This document shows positions 29,882 through 38,332 of a DNA stretch of 64,000 bases, piece after piece. The notes beneath the pieces were generated by a model. The model saw nothing but the letters and a program-made list of their open reading frames with translations, was not told the DNA's origin and did no database searches. The stretch lies in the IMG/VR virus record IMGVR_UViG_3300010356_002264. One strand, given 5' to 3'. The DNA comes from a virus. Taxonomy: Duplodnaviria > Caudoviricetes. The position numbers and the translations under genes are program-made. Numbering within the stretch: position 1 is the stretch's first letter; the number at the start of each line of letters is the position of its first letter.

Positions 29882-29954
29882 GCCGCTGTAGCTCAACTGG
29901 CTGAGCAGCGTCCTTTTAAGTCGTTGGATGAGGGTTCGAGTCCCTCCAGCGGCA
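29882..29954 (+). tRNA. tRNA-Lys(TTT)
   Basis: loop ctTTTaa. Confidence 0.88.
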
Positions 29955-29973
29955 ACGATAAGGTAGAGTAGCT

Positions 29974-30075
29974 TTACCGACTCCCACGAACGGGCCCTAC
30001 AAGCACAGGTTCGACTCCTGTACCCTCCACTCTTACGGGGGGCGCGGTTAATGGTCCGCTCACTCGAGTTGGTAA
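29974..30075 (+). ncRNA. permuted tRNA-mimic / Y-RNA-like RNA, copy 1 (short)
   Basis: TTACCGACTC/GAGTTGGTAA; CCACGAA x CTCACTC; CGGGCC/GGTCCG; T-arm then loop-closed acceptor stem. Confidence 0.7.
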
Positions 30076-30078
30076 CAT

Positions 30079-30153
30079 GCGGGTTTGGCCGAGCGGCCCA
30101 GGCACCAGCTTCCCAAGCTGGACACGAGGGTTCAACTCCCTCAACCCGTACCA
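30079..30153 (+). tRNA. tRNA-Gly(CCC)
   Basis: ccagc-ttCCCaa-gctgg; CCA. Confidence 0.9.
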
Positions 30154-30154
30154 T

Positions 30155-30227
30155 GCGAGCGTCGCCCGACCGGCCGGGCACCAGCCTTCCAAGCTGGACC
30201 AAGCGGGTTCGAGTCCCGTCGCTCGCT
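30155..30227 (+). tRNA. tRNA-Gly(TCC)
   Basis: ccagc-ctTCCaa-gctgg. Confidence 0.9.
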
Positions 30228-30267
30228 CTGACAGCTCGGCGGGTAGTTCCTTCCCAGAGGAACTCCC

Positions 30268-30939
30268 ATGAAGATCTGCAAGGATGGCAAGCGGGTCGTT
30301 GTTACGGACCACGCCGCAACACGGTACGCCGCTCGGTACGACCGCGGGCTTGGGGTCGAGGAGGCCCGCACGAAGCTGGGGGTCCACATCATGAAGTCGA
30401 GCGCCAAGCGGCTCGTGGACAAGTCTCCCGCGGGGGACCCCCTCATGCTGCTACCGGAACTCGACTGCGTGGTGGTGATCAAGCCAGACAACCGAGAGGG
30501 GCACGAGGGGGACCTCGTGGTCCCCACGGTCCTCGACAACCCGGATCGAAAGGTGAACCGAGGGCCGATGTACGAGAAGCTCGCGGCGATGTCCAACCTG
30601 CGCGCGACCCTCCCCGCGCAGGTGCAGGATCCGCCGCCGCCTCAAGCCCCCGAGGAACCCGAGGAACCAGAGGAACCAGAGGAACCAGAGGAGCCGCCGA
30701 AGTCGACACCTAGCGTTGACTGGCTGGAGCTCCAGCAGCTTCGTCGAATGCGTGACCAGCTAGATGTCCTGGTCGCCTCGTTGCGGAAGCGTGAGCAGCA
30801 CATTCGGGTCTCGGTCGCGGGCATCCCGGAGAACCTGAACCTTCAGGGGTGGGCCGACCGCCACATGACGCTGGCCGTGGAGCTAGGGTCCATCGGGGAC
30901 GAGGTCGAGCGCTTGCTAGCGCAGACTGCTCGGGCGTAG
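30268..30939 (+). CDS. hypothetical protein with (EEP)n linker
   Basis: ATG 37 nt from ACAGCTCG; stop inside tRNA-Gln. Confidence 0.65.
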   Translation: MKICKDGKRVVVTDHAATRYAARYDRGLGVEEARTKLGVHIMKSSAKRLVDKSPAGDPLMLLPELDCVVVIKPDNREGHEGDLVVPTVLDNPDRKVNRGPMYEKLAAMSNLRATLPAQVQDPPPPQAPEEPEEPEEPEEPEEPPKSTPSVDWLELQQLRRMRDQLDVLVASLRKREQHIRVSVAGIPENLNLQGWADRHMTLAVELGSIGDEVERLLAQTARA

Positions 30940-31002
30940 CTCAACGGTAGCAGCGGCGGCCTTTGACACCGCAGGTTGGGGGTTCGAGTCCCTCCGCCCG
31001 AA
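30930..31002 (+). tRNA. tRNA-Gln(TTG)
   Basis: loop ctTTGac; U1:A72. Confidence 0.85.
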
Positions 31003-31041
31003 CTCACTGAACGTCGTATCACTCGCCACAGGGCGAGTCGC

Positions 31042-31113
31042 TGGGGTGTAGCTCAACTGGCAGAGCGCCGGTTTCTGAAACCGTCGGTTGAAGGTTCGAC
31101 TCCTTCCACCCCA
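31042..31113 (+). tRNA. tRNA-Gln(CTG)
   Basis: loop ttCTGaa. Confidence 0.9.
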
Positions 31114-31133
31114 ACTCAGCTTTGGATTCTTCT

Positions 31134-31217
31134 GGAGGGTGCTTCTGGGGTGGCCCGGAGCCTGTTTGCTAAACAGTGCGTGTGTAACAGCACAGGGTTC
31201 GACTCCCTCACCTTCCG
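31134..31217 (+). tRNA. tRNA-Ser(GCT), 8/4 fold
   Basis: GGAGGGTG/CACCTTCC; 4-bp T-stem; ttGCTaa; G73. Confidence 0.85.
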
Positions 31218-31235
31218 CTCAACTTGACCTGACAA

Positions 31236-31317
31236 GGGAAGCAAACGCGGTGTGGACCGCGACCCGTCTCGAAAACGGTGTGCTGCAAGGCATGGGGTTC
31301 GACTCCTCTGCTTCCCG
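31236..31317 (+). tRNA. tRNA-Ser(CGA), 8/4 fold
   Basis: GGGAAGCA/TGCTTCCC; ctCGAaa. Confidence 0.85.
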
Positions 31318-31321
31318 CTCT

Positions 31322-31407
31322 GGAGGGTATCTGCGGTGTGGACCGCAGCCTGCTTGGAACGCAGTGCGCTCGGGCAACTGGGCGGGGTTCGACTCCTCTA
31401 CCTTCCG
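31322..31407 (+). tRNA. tRNA-Ser(GGA), 8/4 fold
   Basis: GGAGGGTA/TACCTTCC; ttGGAac. Confidence 0.85.
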
Positions 31408-31410
31408 CTT

Positions 31411-31595
31411 TCCCGGTAGACCAAGAGAAGCGCTGTCCTGGCCCAAGTGCGCCGCAAGGCCCCAAGGTGTCCGGTCGTGCAGCGGGCGCGCATCTGGCGC
31501 GGTTGTAGAGGTCGCCACCCCGACGGGGGAAACCCCAGGAAGATGCCCTGGCAAAGGGATAGTGGTGGAGGTGCCGGTTGGATACCGGCCCGGGA
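31411..31595 (+). ncRNA. candidate structured RNA with tRNA-like top half (element A)
   Basis: TCCCGG/CCGGGA; CGCTGTCC/GGATAGTG; GCCGG-TTGGATA-CCGGC; GNRA loops. Confidence 0.45.
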
Positions 31596-31613
31596 TTTCA
31601 TGGTTGTGCAGAT

Positions 31614-31699
31614 GGAGGAACCACCCGACGTGGCGACGGGACCTGTCTTGAAAACAGGCGAGGTGCAAGCCCTTGGGGGTTCGACTCCCTCTTCTTCCG
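31614..31699 (+). tRNA. tRNA-Ser(TGA)
   Basis: cctgt-ctTGAaa-acagg; long variable arm. Confidence 0.88.
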
Positions 31700-31710
31700 C
31701 AAGGTAGAGT

Positions 31711-32178
31711 ATGCACATGTCCGAAGGAATGCAGAAGCTCCTAGACCTTCTCCTCACGCGTCCCCCCCTCTCTGAGGACCAAGTCAAGGCTCGCGGCCTC
31801 GCGTGGCGCGAGGCCGTCGTTGCGCTCATCGTGACCCTGGAGAACTGGCTACAACCGCTAGTCGCCGCGAACGTGGTCACGGTGACCCGCACGGAGCACG
31901 ACCTACAGGACATGTGGATGGGGTCTAACACCGTGCCGGGCCTCGTAATGCGGTACGGGCTCGTCGAGGTCCGATTCGAGCCCTTGGGTGTACAGGCGGC
32001 ACGCTGCGTAGCTCCTGACATCTTCATGGCAGAGGGTCGGGTCGACATCGTATGTGGGCCGCACAGCGTTCCCCTCATTCTCAAGGAAGAGAAGTGGTAT
32101 GCCGTCAGTCTTCGAGGTCGCAGCTCCGAGCTCACGGAGGACATCCTCTCCTGCATCCTCGCCGAGATGCTTTTGTAA
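31711..32178 (+). CDS. hypothetical protein
   Basis: ORF fills inter-tRNA gap. Confidence 0.65.
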   Translation: MHMSEGMQKLLDLLLTRPPLSEDQVKARGLAWREAVVALIVTLENWLQPLVAANVVTVTRTEHDLQDMWMGSNTVPGLVMRYGLVEVRFEPLGVQAARCVAPDIFMAEGRVDIVCGPHSVPLILKEEKWYAVSLRGRSSELTEDILSCILAEMLL

Positions 32179-32182
32179 CCTC

Positions 32183-32255
32183 GCTGGACGATGCTGTCGT
32201 GGGACGGCGCCGGCCTTGTAGCCCGGTCTTGGCGGTTCGACTCCGACGTCCAGCA
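32183..32255 (+). tRNA. tRNA-Thr(TGT), atypical 8-bp acceptor
   Basis: GCTGGACG/CGTCCAGC; 6-bp D-stem with GTGG loop; ctTGTag. Confidence 0.65.
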
Positions 32256-32379
32256 CTCACGATTCACCAGTTCGGCGCTCCGACGGAGGAGACCGGGGCG
32301 GGTCGCACCTGTCCTCGGCGGGGTGGTTAGAGCCCACCCGCTGAAGCCTTGATGGTTAGCCTCTGATGTTAACCGTTTC

Positions 32380-32706
32380 ATGCAGTGTCGATGGTGCAGG
32401 AAGAGTCTCCAGGGTCGGCAGCGGTCGTTCTGCTCTGTCTCGTGCAAGGTCACCTGGAACGTGACGGAGTGGAGACGCAGGACGAAGAAGAAGGCTGTCG
32501 AGTACCTCGGAGGACAGTGCGTCAGGTGCGGCTACAACAAGTGCCTCCGGTCCCTGGTCTTCCACCATCGAGATCCGGCCGAGAAAGAGTTTCAGATTGC
32601 TAGTAGCCACATACGAGGGTGGGAGAGGATTCGCAAAGAGTTAGATAAGTGCATACTGCTATGTGCGAACTGTCACGGAGAACAGCACGAGGACATTCCC
32701 AGGTAG
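32380..32706 (+). CDS. HNH endonuclease
   Basis: CVRCG..FHHRDP..KC.LLCANCH..H. Confidence 0.85.
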   Translation: MQCRWCRKSLQGRQRSFCSVSCKVTWNVTEWRRRTKKKAVEYLGGQCVRCGYNKCLRSLVFHHRDPAEKEFQIASSHIRGWERIRKELDKCILLCANCHGEQHEDIPR

Positions 32707-32771
32707 CTCAATGGCAGAGCACGAAGCTGTTAACTTCGGTTATGGGGGTTCGAGTCCCTCCTTGGGAGCCA
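32697..32771 (+). tRNA. tRNA-Asn(GTT)
   Basis: cgaag-ctGTTaa-cttcg; GCCA. Confidence 0.92.
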
Positions 32772-32784
32772 GCGACGAAAACAT

Positions 32785-32857
32785 GCCCCTTGTAGCTCAC
32801 CGGTCGAGCAGCAAGCCGTTAACTTGCCTGTAGTGGGTTCGACTCCCACCGGGGGCG
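32785..32857 (+). tRNA. tRNA-Asn(GTT) variant with C33
   Basis: gcaag-ccGTTaa-cttgc. Confidence 0.75.
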
Positions 32858-32893
32858 CTAAGTAACAAAGCTATGTAGGAACATAGTCACCAT

Positions 32894-32967
32894 GGTCCGG
32901 TAGCCAAGTGGTAAGGCACCTGCCTGCAAAGCAGACATCGCCGGTTCGATTCCGGCACGGACCTCCA
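32894..32967 (+). tRNA. tRNA-Cys(GCA)
   Basis: ctGCAaa; U73-CCA. Confidence 0.9.
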
Positions 32968-33009
32968 AATAGTCAGCTCCAGTACGTCGGGTCGCATCAA
33001 CGTAGGAGC

Positions 33010-33279
33010 ATGAGTCGACAGCTACTTCCGTTCGCGATGTTCCCTCCCGGAACCAAGGTCCGCTTCAAGGACGCGCTCGACCGCGCCCCGGACTTCACGG
33101 TACCGGCCGGGGCGCTCGGTGTGGTGATGGTGGTGGACGAGGAGTTCGAGCGGATCGTCGTCAAGGTGACCTCCCCCGAGGTGCCCGGCCTCACGGACGA
33201 CCCCGAGTGGAAGGGAGAGGTCATCTTCTGCCTCCCCGAGGGGGACGACCCGGTCGCGGACCTAGAGGTAGTGGCGTAG
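33010..33279 (+). CDS. hypothetical protein
   Basis: ATG 37 nt from motif at 32973. Confidence 0.65.
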   Translation: MSRQLLPFAMFPPGTKVRFKDALDRAPDFTVPAGALGVVMVVDEEFERIVVKVTSPEVPGLTDDPEWKGEVIFCLPEGDDPVADLEVVA

Positions 33280-33306
33280 AGTTTAAGCAGCTAGCCCGAG
33301 GCATGA

Positions 33307-33412
33307 GCCCCCGCTGGGGCCACGTCGAGGAAAGGAGGACGTCCTGGAGGGCACCAGGGCGGGATCGACCTACCTCGACGCCGGTGGGCCGGGTTGAAGT
33401 CCCGTAGGGGGC
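33307..33412 (+). ncRNA. candidate structured RNA with tRNA-like top half (element B)
   Basis: GCCCCC/GGGGGC; CGTCGAGG/CCTCGACG; CGGG-TTGAAGT-CCCG. Confidence 0.4.
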
Positions 33413-33447
33413 CTCTCTTTCCCAGTATAGAAGCGAGTTCGCAGTAT

Positions 33448-33522
33448 CAGCGTGTAGCTCAGCCTGGCCAGAGCACGTGCTTGGGGTGCACGGGGTCGGA
33501 GGTTCAAGTCCTCTCACGCTGA
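33448..33522 (+). tRNA. tRNA-Pro(GGG)
   Basis: cgtgc-ttGGGgt-gcacg. Confidence 0.92.
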
Positions 33523-33559
33523 CTCAGTTTTGAACGTCAAAATGTGATAGGTTCACTTC

Positions 33560-34183
33560 ATGGCGAAACCTGAAGTGAAGACCGAGGCGATCCGGCTCCG
33601 TGTCGAGGAACGGAAGTCCCTCCGAGACATTAAGAAGCTTACGGGCGTGTCGCAGGGCATCTTGAGTTTGTGGCTGCGCCCCTACCCACTCTCATCTGAA
33701 GAGCGGAAAGCGATCGCCAAAGCGAAGCGTGCGCTGCAACCTGATCCAGCCCGCAGAGATCCAGGACTCGAAGCAAAGGCACGCACGAACCTATGCGGAC
33801 AGATGACCGAGAGGGATCATAAGGGGCGCGTCGCCGAGATGATGGTTGCGCTTCGGCTCGCCGAGCAAGGGTTCCTCGTCTATAAACCCTTGTTTGACTG
33901 CACGCGCGTCGACTGGCTCGCCTACAACCCAAAGACTGGTACGTACAATCGAATACAAGTCAAATGGTGTAAGTCTCCAAAGACAGGAAGGGCTCAAGTA
34001 AGTCTACGATGTAGACACGGAAAATTAAGACGTACATATACAGAATCAGACGTAGACTACGTTATAGGTTATGATCAATGTACGGACACAACTTACGTAT
34101 GGTCGATTAGTGAAGTATCTCACATTAAATCCGATATCACCGTCAATGAAAACGCACGTGAACGATGGGACAAACTGAGGTAA
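33560..34183 (+). CDS. PD-(D/E)XK endonuclease with N-terminal HTH
   Basis: KGRVAE, YKPL, VDWL, RIQVK; lower GC. Confidence 0.85.
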   Translation: MAKPEVKTEAIRLRVEERKSLRDIKKLTGVSQGILSLWLRPYPLSSEERKAIAKAKRALQPDPARRDPGLEAKARTNLCGQMTERDHKGRVAEMMVALRLAEQGFLVYKPLFDCTRVDWLAYNPKTGTYNRIQVKWCKSPKTGRAQVSLRCRHGKLRRTYTESDVDYVIGYDQCTDTTYVWSISEVSHIKSDITVNENARERWDKLR

Positions 34184-34184
34184 T

Positions 34185-34258
34185 CGGGGTGTAGCGAAGC
34201 TTGGTATCGCGCCTGATTCGGATTCAGGAGATCGTGGGTTCAAATCCCGCCACCCCGA
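34185..34258 (+). tRNA. tRNA-Pro(CGG)
   Basis: cctga-ttCGGat-tcagg. Confidence 0.92.
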
Positions 34259-34260
34259 CA

Positions 34261-34425
34261 ATGGAACACCAAGTAAGTAAGAATCCATCGAGATGGGTTC
34301 TCCCCGTCCTGATAGGACTTATTACAGCTCATCTTTGGCACGCATGGGTGTTGGATCGGCACGTCGAAGCAATCAACAAGATCCGTATCGAACTGCATAA
34401 AGTGCAACAAAACTTGAAAAAGTAG
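34261..34425 (+). CDS. small membrane protein
   Basis: One TM segment; low GC. Confidence 0.5.
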   Translation: MEHQVSKNPSRWVLPVLIGLITAHLWHAWVLDRHVEAINKIRIELHKVQQNLKK

Positions 34426-34429
34426 GTTC

Positions 34430-34503
34430 CCGCACGTAGCACGGTCTGGTAGTGCATCCGGCTGATATCCGGGAGGTCGAAGGTTCAAATCCTTCCGTGC
34501 GGA
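34430..34503 (+). tRNA. tRNA-Ile(GAT)
   Basis: loop ctGATat. Confidence 0.88.
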
Positions 34504-34505
34504 CT

Positions 34506-34582
34506 GTGAACGAAGGCGAAGTGGTCGAGCCCCCTGGCTGTGAACCAGGGCTAAGCGGGTTCAAGTCCCGTCGTTCACCCCA
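34506..34582 (+). tRNA. tRNA-His(GTG), no encoded G-1
   Basis: cctgg-ctGTGaa-ccagg; C73-CCA. Confidence 0.85.
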
Positions 34583-34587
34583 CTCAT

Positions 34588-34665
34588 GGTGGTCGTAGCT
34601 CAACTGGCTAGAGCGTCGGGCTGTGAACCCGAAGACGAGGAGTTCGACTCTCCCCGATCACCCCA
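34588..34665 (+). tRNA. tRNA-His(GTG)
   Basis: tcggg-ctGTGaa-cccga; G-1; CCCA. Confidence 0.9.
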
Positions 34666-34666
34666 C

Positions 34667-34744
34667 GTCCCGGTAGCTCAGTCTCAGGTAGAGCATCCGG
34701 CTGAAACCCGGAGGTCGGCGGTTCGATTCCGCCTCGGGACACCA
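34667..34744 (+). tRNA. tRNA-Phe(GAA)
   Basis: ctGAAac; ACCA. Confidence 0.92.
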
Positions 34745-34745
34745 T

Positions 34746-34818
34746 CCCCTGGTAGCTCATGTGGTACGAGCGTCGGACTGAAAATCCGAAGATCGTGGTT
34801 CGACTCCACGCCGGGGGA
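34746..34818 (+). tRNA. tRNA-Phe(GAA)
   Basis: tcgga-ctGAAaa-tccga. Confidence 0.9.
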
Positions 34819-34944
34819 CTAGCGGGCAGGGCGGGACGCGCCGCCTCGCGGTGGCGTTGGGCTTCGGCCCACCCCTGCCTGCTCCGGGCCGCTGACGGGC
34901 CCGTCCGATGACGGCGGAGAAGCGGGATGCCGCGCGCAGCACCT

Positions 34945-35016
34945 GGGGTCGTAGTGATAGCGGTAGCACGCCTGCATGGCATGCAGGTAGCAGGGGTTCG
35001 ACTCCCCTCGGCTCCA
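34945..35016 (+). tRNA. tRNA-Ala(GGC)
   Basis: atGGCat; G3:U70. Confidence 0.9.
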
Positions 35017-35031
35017 CTCAGGTAGACGGTC

Positions 35032-35175
35032 GGAACGTGGGGGCGGTACCTCACGCGGGGCGGCTGTAGCCGGCTGGACGAGCATCGCTCGCGTCCCGGG
35101 AGGGCTCCTGCGGCGCGGTGGGAGACCACCTGCGGGCGAGCGCGATAGCGCCGAGCGCTCGGTCCCTCACGTTCC
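35032..35175 (+). ncRNA. candidate structured RNA
   Basis: 12-bp terminal helix GGAACGTGGGGG/CCCTCACGTTCC enclosing several hairpins. Confidence 0.4.
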
Positions 35176-35179
35176 TTTC

Positions 35180-35210
35180 TCAGCTCCGGTTCTCGTGAAA
35201 TTTTCGACTG
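35180..35210 (+). promoter_or_regulatory. TCAGCTCC-N17-CGACTG promoter-like motif (representative copy)
   Basis: 37 nt before ATG 35217; no SD. Confidence 0.75.
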
Positions 35211-35216
35211 TCCGTC

Positions 35217-35519
35217 ATGGACGCCAACGAACTCAAGAACCTCGCCGACGGTGTTAACGAGAGCAAGCGTGCTGAGACGGAGCGCGCGAACCTAGAGAAG
35301 GTAAACCAGGTGCTCAGGCGCTGCGAGGATGTGGCCCGCCAGGGAGGCTACAAGCTAACCTACATGGACTCCTGCCTCAACCCGCAGGTCCTTGGGAAGC
35401 TGACGGCCTCGAAGGCGAACAACGGGTTGGGGCTCGTCGTAGTGGACAAGTCGGACCGCTCGCGATCGCGCCCCCACTTCAGCTACGAGATCTCCTGGGA
35501 GGGGGCTGAGGGTAAATGA
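35217..35519 (+). CDS. hypothetical protein
   Basis: Follows motif. Confidence 0.65.
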   Translation: MDANELKNLADGVNESKRAETERANLEKVNQVLRRCEDVARQGGYKLTYMDSCLNPQVLGKLTASKANNGLGLVVVDKSDRSRSRPHFSYEISWEGAEGK

Positions 35520-35554
35520 AGGTAGTACGTGGCGGCTTGACGCCACCTGACATC

Positions 35555-35630
35555 GCGGGGTTAGCTCATGTGGTAGAGCGCTGGTGTGACACGCCAGAGG
35601 TGGGAGGTTCAAGTCCTCCACTCCGCACCA
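35555..35630 (+). tRNA. tRNA-Val(GAC)
   Basis: gtGACac; ACCA. Confidence 0.9.
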
Positions 35631-35631
35631 T

Positions 35632-35706
35632 GGGGTCGTAGTGATAGCGGTAGCACGCCTGCCTCGCACGCAGGTAGCAGGGGTTCAATTCCCCTCGACT
35701 CCACCA
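35632..35706 (+). tRNA. tRNA-Ala(CGC)
   Basis: ctCGCac; G3:U70; ACCA. Confidence 0.92.
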
Positions 35707-35740
35707 GACAAGTCGCCCACGAGGGCAGAAGGGAGAGACC

Positions 35741-36049
35741 ATGCGCCACAGCATCGACAAGTTTCCCGCCTGGAAGAACGCCTCACGGCGGGAGGTCTCG
35801 ACCCTGTTCGCGCCCTTCAGCCCCTACTGCCTGATGAGCCTGGCGAAGCTCTTCCGCGGTGAGGACGTGGTGGTGGGCAACTCTGCCCCCGTGCTGGCCC
35901 GACGCGACCGGCCCGGCCTGGCCCCCAAGAAGCGGGGCGGCCTGAATGAGCACGGCCGGTCCTGCTCCTGCTGCAACCCTCGCCAGGGGCGGCCCCGCAA
36001 GCCCTACGACCGGGCGCGGACCCCCAGGATCAGCGCGGACCTGGACTAG
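35741..36049 (+). CDS. hypothetical protein
   Basis: GGGAG RBS; HGRSCSCC motif. Confidence 0.55.
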   Translation: MRHSIDKFPAWKNASRREVSTLFAPFSPYCLMSLAKLFRGEDVVVGNSAPVLARRDRPGLAPKKRGGLNEHGRSCSCCNPRQGRPRKPYDRARTPRISADLD

Positions 36050-36202
36050 CTCAGCTCCGGCCGTGTGCGGCCTTGACACGACCCTCTGGTCCGAGGGTCT
36101 CTGTCATAGGGTGGTTGGCCCCCGCTCGGGATTCTCTGTGGCGGGAAGTTCAGAGAACCTCGGGCCGCTTCCCTTCAACCTCATGATGCCGCATCATGAG
36201 GT

Positions 36203-36619
36203 ATGTACGAGAATACGAAGGTTAAGGGTGAGGCTGCCGAGGTCGAAGTCCTGGTAAACCTTAAACGTCGGGGTTATCGAGTTTCGGTTCCGTTTGGAGA
36301 GAACTCACCTTATGATCTTATCGTCGAGTCTCCATCTGGCATGCTGTACCGGATACAGGTACGTGCTGCGTCGTGGAAGCTGGGACACCTCGTACTATCG
36401 CTTAGGTGCGTCAGCAAGAACTACAGTCGCACCCTCGACAGGTCACGAATCGAAGCTTTCATAGTTTGGGATGGAACGACCTGCTATGTCGTACCTTGTG
36501 TTGACACACAAGGATGCGAAACGACATTCTCTCTCCGACGAGACGCAGCGAAAAACGGGCAGAAGAAAAAGACGCGGGATGCGGACACCTATGCGAATGC
36601 GTTTCACTTGATTCCATAA
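36203..36619 (+). CDS. PD-(D/E)XK endonuclease
   Basis: KGEAAE, VSVPFGENSPYDLI, RIQVR. Confidence 0.85.
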   Translation: MYENTKVKGEAAEVEVLVNLKRRGYRVSVPFGENSPYDLIVESPSGMLYRIQVRAASWKLGHLVLSLRCVSKNYSRTLDRSRIEAFIVWDGTTCYVVPCVDTQGCETTFSLRRDAAKNGQKKKTRDADTYANAFHLIP

Positions 36620-36691
36620 GGGCGTTTAGCTCAATCGGTAGAGTGATGGCCTTGCAAGCCGTCGACGGGGGTTCGATTCCCCCAACGTCCA
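36620..36691 (+). tRNA. tRNA-Ala(TGC)
   Basis: ctTGCaa; G3:U70. Confidence 0.9.
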
Positions 36692-36814
36692 CAGGGTTTG
36701 CCGGCGACCGCGACGTCGCGACAGAGCGGTTGGGGCGTCCCGCCTAATCGTTGGGCTACAAGGCTCCTCGCCTATCGCCCCCAGGTACAGTCAGAGGTGC
36801 CCTCCCTCACCGTG

Positions 36815-37636
36815 ATGACTGGAGACAACTTCATCCAGGTTCCCACGCTAGCCGATGCGTCAGTCGACGTAGTGGTGACGAGCCCGCCATACTGGGGACA
36901 GCGCGAGGGCCCAGGGATTGGTCAAGAGCCAGATCCCCGTGAGTACCTACGGTCGGTCGCGAGGGTCTTCGAGGTCCTGCGACCCAAGATGAAGCATCGG
37001 GGCATCCTGTGGGTGAACCTTGGGGACGCCTACAACACCCCGGTGAACTGGAGCCCTCAGAGCGCGCACAAGTACAGCACGCTTGGCCCACAGCGGGCCG
37101 GACTCCCTGCGGGGAATGCGGCCTACGTCAAGCCGCGGGGGACGCGCAGGGCCTTCGTGAAGCCCGAGGTGCCATGGCTCCGGTATGGGAGCCTCCTGGC
37201 GCTACCACATCGGCTCGTCGCCGCCCTGTGCGACTTGGGCTACCTCCTGCGAGGGGAGGTCATCTGGCGGAAGCGCAACCCACTGCCGGAGGGACGATGC
37301 CGCCGGCCGCACCGCCAGCACGAGGTGATCCTCCTACTCGCGCTCCGAGAGGACCACGAGTTCCGGGTGAGCCCTCCGGTGGGGAGCGTCTGGGAGGTGG
37401 CGAACGAACTTCCCAGAGGGGAGCGACACTACTCGCGCTTCCCCGTCGAGATCCCGCGACGGTGTATAGAGGCGTACGGGCTCGTGGGAGGTGAGGTACT
37501 GGTGCTCGACCCCTTCTCCGGGTCGGGAACGACCGGGATCGCCGCCCGGTCGCTGGGATGCTCGTTCGTAGGCGTTGAGATCGATCCTCTTCGCGCCGAA
37601 GAATCACGTAGGACACTAGGGATTACAGGCGTGTAG
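36815..37636 (+). CDS. beta-class N4C/N6A DNA methyltransferase (start uncertain)
   Basis: TSPPY precedes LDPFSGSGTT. Confidence 0.9.
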   Translation: MTGDNFIQVPTLADASVDVVVTSPPYWGQREGPGIGQEPDPREYLRSVARVFEVLRPKMKHRGILWVNLGDAYNTPVNWSPQSAHKYSTLGPQRAGLPAGNAAYVKPRGTRRAFVKPEVPWLRYGSLLALPHRLVAALCDLGYLLRGEVIWRKRNPLPEGRCRRPHRQHEVILLLALREDHEFRVSPPVGSVWEVANELPRGERHYSRFPVEIPRRCIEAYGLVGGEVLVLDPFSGSGTTGIAARSLGCSFVGVEIDPLRAEESRRTLGITGV

Positions 37637-37702
37637 CTCAGCGGCAGCAGCATCGGCCTTACAAGCCGAGGGTCGAGGGTTCAACTCCCTCCGCGCCTAC
37701 CA
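37627..37702 (+). tRNA. tRNA-Val(TAC)
   Basis: tcggc-ctTACaa-gccga; ACCA. Confidence 0.9.
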
Positions 37703-37703
37703 C

Positions 37704-37779
37704 GGCCGCGTAGCTCATCTGGCAGAGCGCCTGGGTCACATCCAGGAGGTAGAGGGTTCAACTCCCTCCGTGGCTACCA
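37704..37779 (+). tRNA. tRNA-Val(CAC)
   Basis: cctgg-gtCACat-ccagg; ACCA. Confidence 0.9.
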
Positions 37780-37786
37780 AGTTCTC

Positions 37787-37859
37787 GGGTGTGCAGCTCG
37801 ACTGGTCGAGCGGCGGCTTCATACGCCGATGGTTGAGGGTTCGAGTCCCTCCGCACCCA
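37787..37859 (+). tRNA. tRNA(CAT), Met or Ile2
   Basis: loop ttCATac. Confidence 0.85.
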
Positions 37860-37909
37860 CTCCATTCTGATGGATAGTTTCAGCGTCCGAGCCGAAAGAA
37901 CTACCCCTC

Positions 37910-38332
37910 CTAATGGATAGTTCGACGCAGCGCGCTCAGGACGAGGCGGCGCGCGACGCGTGCGTCGGACGCTGTCGGCTTGGACCGAGAGTTCCGGCCC
38001 GGAGCGTCGAGCCACATGTCGGCCGCGCAGTGCAGGGCATCAGGCCCGTAGGTGTAGGTCGGGGTCCAGTGGGAGACCCGGAGCTTGTCGGGGTCGCCGC
38101 CCCAGGCGATGACGTCGTGCCGCAACTTCGGGTCCTGACTGGCCGCCAGAGTGATCTTGGCCCCGTGGTCCTTGGGTAGGAGGGACAGCGGCTTGTCCAG
38201 CACGATGCGCATCGCTCGACTGAACAGTTCCCGGTGTTTGTCGCTCAGGGGATTCTCAGGTGGGGGGCCACTCGATCCACCGTCCGAGTAAGGTAGGGTT
38301 CGACCGGGACGTCCGCGACGATCATGTGACAC
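37910..38332 (-). CDS. hypothetical protein, antisense to array
   Basis: ORF fills gap; start uncertain. Confidence 0.45.
   Translation of the reverse strand: MSHDRRGRPGRTLPYSDGGSSGPPPENPLSDKHRELFSRAMRIVLDKPLSLLPKDHGAKITLAASQDPKLRHDVIAWGGDPDKLRVSHWTPTYTYGPDALHCAADMWLDAPGRNSRSKPTASDARVARRLVLSALRRTIH

Noticed and set aside
31134-31407. tRNA-Sec suggested by long D-stems
   Set aside because: Anticodons are Ser and the fold is 8/4, not 8/5
33324-33345. RNase P RNA (GAGGAAAG)
   Set aside because: No GUCC continuation or 3' P4 strand; region too short
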